DNA of 64,000 bases, taken from contig OZ024751.1 in NCBI GenBank assembly GCA_964016885.1, forward strand, positions 10,168,001-10,232,000. Direction: 5' to 3'. The translations under genes and the position numbers were made by a program. The notes under the pieces were generated by a model that was not told where the DNA came from, searched no databases, and saw only the letters and a program-made list of their open reading frames with translations. This document shows, in pieces, positions 52,050 to 64,000 of this stretch (position 1 is its first letter; each line of letters starts with the position of its first letter). Source of the DNA: Eledone cirrhosa (lineage: Eukaryota).

Positions 52050-52377
52050 TTAAACTATGTTGTGATAAGGAGGTCTTTACTATAATTTGCAGTTTTCTCC
52101 ATTTTAAATAGGAGAAAAAATGGTGAATTGGCAGATTCATTAGAATATCAGACAGAATGCTTTGCTGTATTCATTCTGGCTCTCTACTTTCTGAGCTCAA
52201 ATCTCGACAAAGTCAATAAAATGAAGTACCAATTTAGTACTGGGGGTCAATTCCTCTATCTCACTTTCTATCCTTATCTGGAAGATAAGGATGGGCTTCA
52301 CCAGGCTTAAAATGTCCAAGAAACACCATATACCACTATGGCACCCTTACAACTCCACCAGGAGTTATGGGACTATA

Positions 52378-52598
52378 AAGGATCGATCGACTTTCATCGA
52401 ATCGGACCGAGGAAACAGTGTTCCTGTTGGTCTTTCCAGTTGCTAATACTATCTATCGGTCGCAACTCCAGGTAGAAGGAACAACGTGAAATAAAGTGTC
52501 TTGCTCAAGGACATAACGCATCGCCTGATCCAAGAATCGAACCCACAACCTCAAGATTGTGAATCCAGTTCTCTAACCACTCAGCCACACACCTTCAC
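52378..52598 (-). mobile_element. tRNA-derived SINE with 12-bp TSD
   Basis: Head tggctgagtgg / ggttcgattc and central tccttgagcaagacact as in 1711-2148. TSD tatgggactata at 52366-52377 and 52599-52610. Confidence 0.8.
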
Positions 52599-53039
52599 TA
52601 TGGGACTATACCATACCATAATATCTAGATGTTTATATGTACAAATAAAAGGAAAGAACACTGGACATGCTGTGTAGAATTTATGTTAATATAAAAAAAT
52701 ATTGCAGTAATCATCAAGAAGATTCAGCATAAGACAGAATGTGACAAAGTTGGCCATTCAAATGGCAGCAATCATAGTCAAATATGTGATATAATTATAT
52801 AGACATATGTAAAGAACATCTGTGAACTTTTGGACTGATTACCTGAATGGAGATTCAACCACAAGCTGTACCTTCTTGGTAATTACTAAGCGTTGCTTTT
52901 ATTGGTCAAGATAATTGACATGGTCAATTTTATTTTTAAGGGTTGTCTAAAATATTCTATGATTTATGTCAGTATAAATTTTGTTTATGTTCACCTTTTT
53001 TTGTATCATATTCTTTATCTTGTTTATTAACTGCATAGA

Positions 53040-54356
<1,317 letters not shown>

Positions 54357-57300
54357 TTTCTTTTATTTGCCACTAGGGCATCAAAAGTGGGACAAGTACA
54401 AAGGGGGGAGTTTACACAAAAAGGCGTCCTCAATAAGGAGGAGGCAATAACAAAATATAAAAATAAAATAAGATATAACAAAAAATAAAATTTTTAACAA
54501 AATCCTCAATAGAGAGGAGGCGCCTTGGGGGGGTCGCACACACCCCCGAAAAAAGTGTGCAACCCTTCTCCTCAGGAGCACAGAGAAGGGGTGCTCCCTT
54601 GGTCTTTCATCTTCCTCACCTATAGTCTGATGTAGAGTGAAGGCCCATTCACACGGGCCATTCTCGCCACTTTCACCCATCTTTCATAGAAACGGCTGGG
54701 GTGCAGCACCTCTCTCTCCATCCTGATCCTTCTTCCGAAATGATATCGGAAGAAACGGACCAGTTGTTGGCCAGAGAGAAAGGTGTCTGACCTCAGTCCT
54801 TTCAGACGCGTCCACCATACAACCTCTTTCGCCATGGCTATTACGCACAGAAACACCGCCTCTGCTTCATCTTTGAAGGGGGGAGGCGGCTTGATCATTA
54901 CAATAGACTCGGTGGTCAACCGGATCGGTCCCACCCTTGACAGCAGTTGTTCGACATAGCCCCACAGATCGGCTACGCCCGAGCAGTGTACCAATGCGTG
55001 TGCAACGGTTTCCTCGTCGCACACGCATCTGGGACAGATCTTTTTGGCGGGGTCCCTACCCGGGCGCCCATGTCTGTAGAGCCTTTCTCGAACGGGTAAA
55101 GCCCCTCGGTAGCACTGCCAGGCCAGGGACTTCTGGAAGTTGTCCATAGGTCCCGGGCTGAATGTCCTACCGAACAGGCTGGCCAGTTCGTCCTCCTCCA
55201 TGTCTAGGGCTTCTCCGAGGGCGTCGTCGCACCTGCTGCGTACCAGCCCTCTATAGAATGTTGCGGTGGAGTCTCCACTGATAACCGGATCCGCCTGCCA
55301 GAGGGCGGTGAGCGCCTGGGCACACTCAGTGTGCCAGGCGCCCAGTTTTCTCGGTCTTTGCTTGACCCAGGATTGCAGCTCGGTGAGTGAGACGAGTCTG
55401 GGAAAGGTTCGTCTCACAAACGAGGCCCACACCGGTTGTCCGGTGAGGAATACGTAGAGGTGCCGTAGCCTTAATGCGTGTTTACGCATCATTAGCCACG
55501 GCATCCCCAGCCCTCCTTTCGAAGGGTGTTGACAGCAGATGGATCTCCTCACCATAGGAGCCCGCCTCTTCCAAAGGAATTGGAAGAGCGCGCGCTCCAT
55601 CTTGGTGAGGGTTTCCCTTGGGCAGGGCACTACGGTCAGGCGGTAGTAGATGACGGACGCTATGTAGGTGTTCGCCACCTCCGCCCGACCTTTCAGGGAT
55701 AGTTTGCAACTGGCCCACTTCTGGGTCAGTGCAAACACCCTGTTCGTAACCTCCGCCCAGTTTTTCTCCACCTGGAGGTCCGGTCCGAACCAGACCCCGA
55801 GTAACTTCACCGGGCCCTCCGTCCAGCGTCCGACGACGCCATCGGAGGGCATCGGTCTGCCCCTCCACGTGCCGAGTTGCAAACCGATCGACTTGTCCCG
55901 GTTCAGCTTAGCCCCTGTGAACTTTTCGTACTCCTCCAGTAAGGTGCCGACCGCCTCGATTTCGGAGGCCGTCGACACCATTACTGTCACGTCATCGGCG
56001 TAGGCCGACACCGCTTTCCGCAATCCCGGTTCCAAAGGGATGCCCTGCAACAACTCCAACTTCCGCAGTAGTGGCTCGAGAGTCAACACATACAGAAGGG
56101 AGGAGAGAGGGCACCCTTGTCGGATGGACCGCGCGATTTTGAACGGCTCCGAGAGGTAGCCGTTCACCTTGACCCTAGAGCAGATGCGGCTGCTGTGCAT
56201 AGCAGTGATCCAGCCCTTGAAAACGGGTCCGAAGCCTGCCGCCGCTAGCACCGCATCCAGGTAACCATGGTCGACCCTATCGAACGCCTTAGATTGATCC
56301 AAGTTGATCAGAGCCCCACCAAAGCCGGGTTCGTTCCCAACCCTCTCTATGATGTATCGCATGAGGTGGAGGTTGTCATGGATGGACCTGGACGGGATAG
56401 CGCATGTCTGCGCATCTCCCACCAGGTTGCCCACGACAAGCGCCAACCTCTTTGCTAGCACCTTGGCCAAAATCTGTAACTCTGTATTTAGCAGTGTTAT
56501 GGGCCTGAAGTTACTTATTTCGTCCCCCTTGTTCTCGTCCTTCCTCACTAGCGTGACTACGCCCTTGGTCACAGTACAGGGAATTCTCCCGTTCTGTTGC
56601 CAGTTGCAGTAGACCGCCTCGGGGAGATCGGGGAACAAGTCCGGCATAGCTAGATATAATTCGTAAGGAAGACCATCGAGACCCGGGGATTGAAAGGCCT
56701 CACACATCTGCTTAGGCTCAAGAATCGCCCGTCCATCCAGGTCTCGCAAAGACCGGATGGTGGATTTAGTTCCACTGTTGGCCTCTGTCACGCGGGCCCA
56801 GCTAACAGCTTTGGCCCCCTCGTTCCCTAGAGCACGTATTTTACTTCGGACAACGCAGCCTTCGTGCTTCGCGTCGAAAAACTGGCTCAAAGCCGTTCTC
56901 GATGCTAGCACTCTGGCCACGTCGCCGCTTCTAATTGCCTCTTCTACTCTATCTATTAGCTCCCTTTCCTTCCTATTCCTATCCGCAGCTAGAACCTTAC
57001 TAAATTCAATCGAGACTACTCTAATCTCTCTCTTTAGAGATACCCACCACCTGCTGTTGACGATCGCTCCAGTCAACCGTTCCTTAACTAACGTACTAAT
57101 CCGATTCCTGTAGGCTCTACTTGCCGGCAAGGACAAGTTGAGCTTCCAGTAACCGGGGCCCTGTCTATGCGTTCTATCAAGGTTGACCATGCAGGTCACC
57201 AACTTGTGGTCTGAATAGCCAACCATGAGCATTTCTGGACAACTTAAAAAGTCCCTGTCCTTATTTCTAACTAAAAATCTATCTAGGTACGATCTAGATG

Positions 57301-57967
57301 ATCCGCTGCGATTTGACCAAGACCAGGTTGGCACCGTCGGAAAATCTAGTCGAAATCTGTCGGCCAGGTCAAATCGGCCGAGTAACCCCTTGAGGCTGTT
57401 GCACCCCTCTCTATCGGGACATGCCCCTGCATAGTCCCAACGTGCATCCAGGATACCATTCCAATCCCCCACTAAAAGCAGGGAACGGGACGTCCCTAGA
57501 AAAGACTCCAGACGCTGGAAAAAGTCGGGCCGCTCTGTCCCAAAAGGGGCATATGCGGCTATCAGCCTAAGGGCTCTACCTTCACCACTGCCAAGGTCCA
57601 GCACCACCAGTCGACCCCCTGGGTCCAAGTGAACTATCTGTGTTGCAAGGCCCATATGTTTTTGCAGCAGAACGACAACCCCACCCCCACCTCCGGGCTG
57701 ACAAAGAGATGCGTGCATCTCAAAGTCGTCAAAGGTGGGGGCTAGCTGTCGGATGCTGCTGATCCGGGCCTCGCAGATAACCATCACATTTATAGATTGT
57801 GACCTGAGGTCATTTAGAAGCATTGCTTGCTTCCAAGACGAGCCCAGGCCACGCGCATTTAGACACCCTACTCTTAGCACAGCCATGTTGGTGGTAAAGA
57901 GAAAAGGCACTTACCTCTCTGCGTCCCGGGAAACGGGCCGCTCAATTTCCATGCTGGTTGGGGATGG
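54357..57967 (-). mobile_element. Tx1/L1-clade LINE copy 1 (end of ORF1, ORF2, 3' UTR)
   Basis: APE+RT+Cys finger ORF2. The 3' end has aataaa plus a short A-rich tail, and the 16-bp satellite flanks both sides. Confidence 0.9.
54620..57886 (-). CDS. Tx1/L1 ORF2: AP endonuclease, RT, C-terminal zinc finger (in-frame internal deletion)
   Basis: LNARGL, YAP, GDWN, LDRF, SDHK, GPGYWKLN, SPGLDG, NFRPITLLN, DQSKAFD, RQGCPLS, YADD, CPRC..EETVAHALVHC. ATG at 57886 follows an upstream TAA at 57911. Confidence 0.9.
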   Translation of the reverse strand: MAVLRVGCLNARGLGSSWKQAMLLNDLRSQSINVMVICEARISSIRQLAPTFDDFEMHASLCQPGGGGGVVVLLQKHMGLATQIVHLDPGGRLVVLDLGSGEGRALRLIAAYAPFGTERPDFFQRLESFLGTSRSLLLVGDWNGILDARWDYAGACPDREGCNSLKGLLGRFDLADRFRLDFPTVPTWSWSNRSGSSRSYLDRFLVRNKDRDFLSCPEMLMVGYSDHKLVTCMVNLDRTHRQGPGYWKLNLSLPASRAYRNRISTLVKERLTGAIVNSRWWVSLKREIRVVSIEFSKVLAADRNRKERELIDRVEEAIRSGDVARVLASRTALSQFFDAKHEGCVVRSKIRALGNEGAKAVSWARVTEANSGTKSTIRSLRDLDGRAILEPKQMCEAFQSPGLDGLPYELYLAMPDLFPDLPEAVYCNWQQNGRIPCTVTKGVVTLVRKDENKGDEISNFRPITLLNTELQILAKVLAKRLALVVGNLVGDAQTCAIPSRSIHDNLHLMRYIIERVGNEPGFGGALINLDQSKAFDRVDHGYLDAVLAAAGFGPVFKGWITAMHSSRICSRVKVNGYLSEPFKIARSIRQGCPLSSLLYVLTLEPLLRKLELLQGIPLEPGLRKAVSAYADDVTVMVSTASEIEAVGTLLEEYEKFTGAKLNRDKSIGLQLGTWRGRPMPSDGVVGRWTEGPVKLLGVWFGPDLQVEKNWAEVTNRVFALTQKWASCKLSLKGRAEVANTYIASVIYYRLTVVPCPRETLTKMERALFQFLWKRRAPMVRRSICCQHPSKGGLGMPWLMMRKHALRLRHLYVFLTGQPVWASFVRRTFPRLVSLTELQSWVKQRPRKLGAWHTECAQALTALWQADPVISGDSTATFYRGLVRSRCDDALGEALDMEEDELASLFGRTFSPGPMDNFQKSLAWQCYRGALPVRERLYRHGRPGRDPAKKICPRCVCDEETVAHALVHCSGVADLWGYVEQLLSRVGPIRLTTESIVMIKPPPPFKDEAEAVFLCVIAMAKEVVWWTRLKGLRSDTFLSGQQLVRFFRYHFGRRIRMEREVLHPSRFYERWVKVARMARVNGPSLYIRL

Positions 57968-58222
57968 AGGGAGATAGATAGAGAGGGAGATAGACAGAGA
58001 GGGAGATAGACAGAGAGGGAGATAGACAGAGAGGGAGATAGACAGAGAGGGAGATAGACAGAGAGGGAGATAGACAGAGAGGGAGATAGACAGAGAGGGA
58101 GATAGACAGAGAGGGAGATAGAGAGGGAGGGAGATAGAGAGGGAGGGAGATAGAGAGGGAGGGAGATAGATAGAGAGGGAGATAGATAGAGAGGGAGATA
58201 GACAGAGAGGGAGATAGATAAC

Positions 58223-60043
58223 TTTCTTTTTATTTGCCACCAGGGCATCAAAAGTGGGACAAGTACAAAAGGAGGGAGTTTACATGCAAAGGCGTCCTCA
58301 ATATGGAGGAGGCAATAACAAGATATAAAAGTATAAAAATAAAATAAAATATAACATAAATTTTATAACAAAATCCTCAATAGGGAGGAGGCGCCTTGGG
58401 GGGTCGCACACACCCCCGAAAAAAAGTGTGCAACCCTTCTCCTCAGTAGCACAGAGAGGGGGTGCTCCCTTGGTCTTTCATCTTCCTCACCTATAGTCTG
58501 ATGTAGAGTGAAGGCCCATTCACACGGGCCATTCTCGCCACTTTCACCCATCTTTCATAAAAACGGCTGGGGTGCAGCACCTCTCTCTCCATCCTGATCC
58601 TTCTTCCGAAGAAACGGACCAGTTGTTGACCAGAGAGAAAGGTGTCTGACCTCAGTCCTTTCATATGCGTCCACCATACAACCTCTTTCGCCATGGCTAT
58701 TACGCACAGAAATACCACCTCTTCTTCGTTTTTGAAGAGGGGAGGCGGCTTGATCGTTACAATAGACTCGGTGGTCAACCGGATCGGTCCCACCCTTGAC
58801 AGCAGTTGTTCGACATAGTCCCACAGATCGGCAATGCCCGAGCAGTGTACCAATGCGTGTGCAACAGTTTCCTCGTCACACACGTATCTGGGACAGATCT
58901 TTTTCGAGGGGTCCCTACCCAGGCGCCCGTGTCTGTAGAGCCTTTCTCGAACGGGCAGAGCCCCTCGGTAGCACTGACAGGCCAGGGACCTCTGGAAGTT
59001 ATCCATGGGTCCCGAGCTGAATGTCCTACCGAACAGGTTGGCCAGTTCGTCTTCCTCCATGCCTAGGGCTTCTCCGAGGGCGTCATCGCACCTGCTAACC
59101 ACCAGCCCTCTATAGAATGACGAGGTGGATTCTCCACTGACAGCCGGGTCCGCCTGCCAGAGAGCCGTGAGCGCCTGGGCACACTTGGTGTGCCAGGCGC
59201 CCAGTTTTCTCGGTCTTTGCTTGACCCAGGATTGCAGCTCGGTGAGTGAGACGAGTCTGGGAAAGGCTCACCTCACAAACGGGGCCCACACCGGTTGACC
59301 GGTGAGGAATACCTGGAGGCGCCGTAGTCTTAATGCGTGTTTACGCATCATTAGCCACGGCATCCCCAGCCCTCCTTTCGAAGGGTGTTGACAGCAGATG
59401 GATCTCCTCACCATAGGAGCCCGCTTCTTCCAGAGGAATTGGAAGAGTACGCATTCCATTTTGGCGAGCGTTTCCCTTTGGACAAGGCATGACGGTCAGG
59501 CGGTAGTAGATGACGGACGCTATATAAGTGTTCGCCACCTCCGCCCGACCTTTCAGGGACAGTTTGCACTCGGCCCACTTCTGGGTCAGTGCAAACACCC
59601 TGTTCGTTACCTCACCCCAGTTCTTCTCCACCTGGAGGTCTTGTCCGAACCAGACCCCGAGCAACTTCATCGGGCCCTCCGTCCAGCGCCCAACGACGCC
59701 ATCAGAGGGCATCAATCTGCCCCTCCACGTGCCGAGTTGCAGACCGATCGACTTGTCCCGGTTCAGCTTAGCCCCTGTAAACCTTTCGTACTCCTCCAGT
59801 AAGGTGCCGATCGCCCCGATTTCCGAGGCCGTCGACACCATTACTGTTACGTCGTCGGCATAGGCCGACACCGCTTTCCGCAATCCCGGTTCCAACGGGA
59901 TGCCCTGCAACAACTCCAACTTCCGCAGCAGTGGCTCTAGAGTCATTACATACAGAAGGGAGGAGAGAGGGCACCCTTGTCGGATGGACAGCGCGATTTT
60001 GAACGGCTCCGAGAGGTAGCCGTTCACCTTGACCCTAGAGCAG
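58223..60043 (-). mobile_element. Tx1/L1 copy 2, 5'-truncated and disrupted
   Basis: Collinear with 54357-56185, with frameshifts and a stop. Confidence 0.9.
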
Positions 60044-62620
60044 AGACGCCTGTATCTGTAGAGCTTGTCTCGAACTGCCAGGCCAGGGACTTTTAGAAGT
60101 TGTCCATTGGTCCCGGGTGGAAGGTCCTACCAAACAGACTGGCCAGTTCGTCCTCCTCTATGCCTAGAGTTTCTACAAGCATGTCGTCGCACTTGCTGCG
60201 GACCAACCCTCTATAGAATGACGAAGTGGAGTCTCCACTGATCACCAGGTCCGTTTGCCAGAGGACTGTGAGCACCTGATCACCAGGTCCGTTTGCCAGA
60301 GGACTGTGAGCACCTGAGCACATTCGATGTGCCAGTCGCCCATTTTCCTCAGTCTTTGCTTGACCCAGGACTGCAGCTTGGTCAGCGAGACAAGTCGTGG
60401 GAAGGCTTGCCTCACAAATGGGGTCCACACCGGTTGTCTGGTGAGGAATTCGTGGAGGTGCCGCAGCCTGAGCGCATGTTTGCGCATCGTCAGCCACGGC
60501 ATCCCCAGCCCTCCATTTGAAGTGTGTTGGCAGCAGATGGATCTTCTCACCAAAGGAGCCCGTTTCTTCCAAAGGAATTGGAAGAGTGTGCGCTCCATTT
60601 TGGTGAGCGTTTTGGCTGGACAAGGCCCGACAGTCAAGCGGTAGTAGATGACGGACGCTATAAAAGTGTTCGCCACCTCCGCTCGACCTTTCAAGGATAG
60701 TTTGCACTCGGCCCACTTCTGGGTGAGCGCAAACACCTTGGCCGTCACCTCGTTCCAGTTCTTCTCCACCTGGAGGTCTGGTCCGAATCAGACCCCAAGC
60801 AGCTTTACCGCTCCTTCTGTCCAGCGTCCGATGACGCCATCGGAAGGCATCGGTTTGCCTCTCCACGTTCCGAGTTGCAAACTAACGGATTTGTCCCAGT
60901 TCAGCTTCGCTCCTGTGAACCTTTCATATTCCTCCAGTAAGGTGCCGACCTCCCCAATTTGCAAGGTGCTCGACACCATTACTGTCACATCGTTGGCGTA
61001 GGCCGACGCCGCTTTTCGCAGTCCCGATTCCAAAGGGATGCCCTGCAATAGCTCCAGCTTCCGCAGTAGTGGCTTGAGAGTCAGTACGTACAGAAGGGAG
61101 GAGAGAGGGCATCCCTGTCGGATGGATCGCGTGATATGGAACGGCTCCGAGTGGTAACTGTTCACCTTGACCCTTGAGCAGATGTTGCTGCTGTGCATTG
61201 CAGCAATCCAGCCCCTGAACACGGGTCTGAAGACTGCCGCCTCGATCACCGCATCCAGGTAACGATGGTCAACCCTATTGAAAGCCTTAGACTGATCCAA
61301 GTTGATCAGGGCCCCACCGAAGCCGGGTTTACACCCTACCCTTTCTATGATGTATCGCATGAGGTGGCGATTGTCGTGTAGGGACCTGGTCAGGATTGCG
61401 CATGTCTGCGCTTCTCCCACCAGGTTTTCGATGACAAGCGCCAGCCTCTTTGCCAACACCTTGGCCAAAATCTGAAACTTTGTGTTGAGCAGAGTTATGG
61501 GCCGGAAGTTGCCTATGTCATCCCCCTTATTCTCGTCCTTCCTGACTAACGTGACTACGCCCTTGGTCACAGAACTGGGAATTCTCCCGTTCTGCTGCCA
61601 GTTGCAGTAGATCGCTTTCAGGAGACCGGAGAACAAGTCCGGCATTGTTACGTAAAATTCGTAGGCTAGACCGTCGAGACCTGGAGATTTGTGTTTGTCG
61701 CATTGGCTCAGCGCTTGCCCTATCTCAACGGCCGAAATCGGCCTTTCGCAGAACTTCGCCTCGCTGTCCAAGAGTCACGGTAGGCCGTTGAGGTATGGAC
61801 CGAAATCCAAAGCAACCTCCCGGCGCGCCGCCCTGCCCGAACAGTTGAGCAAAGTGCCGCTGAAAGGCCACGCACATCTGCTTCAGCTCACGTATCACGC
61901 GTCCGTCTTGGTCCTTCAAAGACCGAATCATGGACTTGTTGCCACTTTTCGCCTCCGTCACTCGGGCCCAGCTAACAGCTTTGGCTCCCTCATTTCCCAA
62001 AGCACATATTTTGCTTCTGACAACACAGCCTTCATGCTTTGCGTCGAAGAACTGGTCCAAGGCCGTTCTCATCTCTAGCACGCCGGCTACGTTGCCACTC
62101 CTAAGTGCTGCTTCTTCTTTATCTACCAGTTCCTTTTCGGTCTTATTTCTATCTAACACTAATTCTTTACTAAAACCTATCGAGTCTAATCTAACTGCCC
62201 TCTTGAGAGAGTACTACCATCTGTTGTTGACAATGGCCCCTGTCAAGTGCTGCTTAACTAAATTGCTAATCCGTCTACTGTAGGCTTTAAATGTCGGTAA
62301 CGACAAGTTCAGCATCCAGTAGCTGGGTCCCTTGCTCCCACATAGTCCCAACATGCATCTAGGATTCCATTCCAATCCCCCACTAACAGCAGGGAGCAGG
62401 ACGTTCCCAGAAAAGTCTCTAGACGTTTGAAGAATGCTGGCCGCGGTGTCCCGGATGGGGCATATGCGGCCACCAGCCCTACGGCTCCACCTTCACTACC
62501 GTCAACGTCTAGGACCACCAGTCGACCGTCCGGGTCCCGATGTACCGTCTGTGTTTCCGCAGCAAAATGGCAACCCCATGCCCAGATGCATAGATCTCAA
62601 AGTCGTCGAAGATGGGGGCC
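60044..62620 (-). mobile_element. Tx1/L1 copy 3, older/diverged, lacking 3' end
   Basis: Fragmented ORF2 (YANDV, NFRPITLLN, GDWN). Internal deletion near 62310 and ~32-bp duplication near 60240-60315. Confidence 0.9.
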
Positions 62621-63046
62621 ATTTCAAAAGGACACAGTTATAGGGTTTGACGTAGGGGTTACCTATGTCGTTAGGAAATTTTTCTTTTAACTGTTTGTGT
62701 GTGTCCATGGAGATCCTAATCATTTTAAGATTAGGATTCTCCGAAGAGTGTGTAAAAATTTTCCCTTCGGTTTCCACCGAAGGGTTTTTATATATGGTGT
62801 CTGTTAAAGTTTTATTGTTAGTATTTATGTAGGTGTAACATTTTTGTTGTGTTGCCTTTTGTCTGTGGTTCTTGTGTGTGTTTACATTTTGTAGTAGGTG
62901 TTTTGTTTTCAGGAGGGGGTGTTTTTGTTTGTGCTGTTTGTGTCGCTTGTGTTGGTGTTTGTGTGTTTGTTGCATTTTTGTTTGTGTTATGTCTTTTCTT
63001 TTTTCTTTTTACTGGTCGGAAAGGCTCTCCCTCATCGTCACTGGGT
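62621..63046 (-). pseudogene. Possible LINE ORF1 N-terminal fragment
   Basis: Minus frame PSDDEGEPFRPVKRKKKRH followed by a T/Q/K-rich linker, fused directly to the Tx1 endonuclease region. Confidence 0.35.
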
Positions 63047-63328
63047 GAGAGGGAGACAGACAGAGAGGGAGATAGAAAGAGAGGGAGATAGCCAGCTAAG
63101 GGAGATAGACAGAAAGGGAGATAGATAGAGTGAGAGAGATAGAGAGAGAAGGAGATAGCCAGCTAAGGGAGATAGATAGAGAGGGAGATAGATAGAGAGG
63201 GTGATAGCTAGCTAAGGGAGATAGCTAGCTAACTATATGTGTATAGTTAATAAATGAAACAAATAAAACATAAGAAGCAAAATTTGACACAATTATATTA
63301 GGTTCATGCTTGGGGGAAGTGGAAGAGG

Positions 63329-63499
63329 TTTCAACGTTTTAGACAGAGGTCCTTCAGGAAAGTTTGGAGAAGGAGAGAACAGATAGCCGTAAGACGTAAA
63401 TGTATGAAGGGGCCTACTTCAAAAGGAATTGGCAACTGAATCTCACTATTTATATAATTATTTTCTCCCAACTTAAGGTCAATTACTTCTTCAACAAAA

Positions 63500-63500
<1 letters not shown>
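63329..63500 (-). mobile_element. Degenerate Penelope-like 3' end with decayed minimal hammerhead (63329-63361)
   Basis: Reverse complement tttc-CTGAAG-gac-ctct-gtc-t-AAAA-cg-TT-gaaa, preceded by EEVIDLKLGENNYINSE. Next to (TA)n. Confidence 0.35.
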
Positions 63501-63577
<77 letters not shown>

Positions 63578-64000
63578 TGCTCAAAATAGGAGTTGCACAG
63601 GACAAGCCAATGGAAAAAAACAATGGGAAAATGGACGGTCTATCTCTTCAGCCAACCTCTTGAAATCACTACAGTTTCGGTATTTTGAGGTTATACCATT
63701 CATTCCAGTACAGATTGGGGACGTAAGAAAACAATGAATTACAAAAATATAGATATATACATACACACACACAATCCTCCATACATACATACATATACAC
63801 GAACAAATGCTTATATAAACACATTAAACAATTATGCTAAGACTAACACAGACACATACATACCGTGTTAAATAATTGTACACAAATTTTCAAAGGTCAA
63901 GAATCTTCTAAATATAAGACACAAAAACACATATATATCCCAGTCTTTAGAATAGGTACATCATATGTTGGTGTGTCTTAAGGGGTTAGTAAAAGGGGCT

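Overview
Repeat-saturated animal genomic DNA. It looks cephalopod/Octopus-like, inferred only from SINE/RTE style and microsatellite load, and is most likely intronic. Host coding signal is one convincing minus-strand exon (20964-21215) plus one weak candidate. About 20 kb is tandem arrays (24, 80, ~30, 32, 65 and 16 bp units). The rest is nested mobile DNA: four RTE LINEs of two subfamilies (one with an uninterrupted APE-RT frame; all carry a PHD finger inside the RT), three stacked Tx1/L1-clade LINEs in a 16-bp GA satellite, a Penelope-like (GIY-YIG) element, two SINE families, piggyBac and Tc1/mariner MITEs, a Helitron and a 200-N gap. The main signal missing from the ORF track is about 11 full-length and several partial type I hammerhead ribozyme motifs from at least 7 apparently unrelated families. 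Nearly all sit in (TA)n and are arranged as fold-back palindromes, inverted or partial-tandem pLTRs, or a ~420-bp retrozyme-like unit. All folds were read by eye and activity is untested. Most short ORFs in the track are repeat artefacts.
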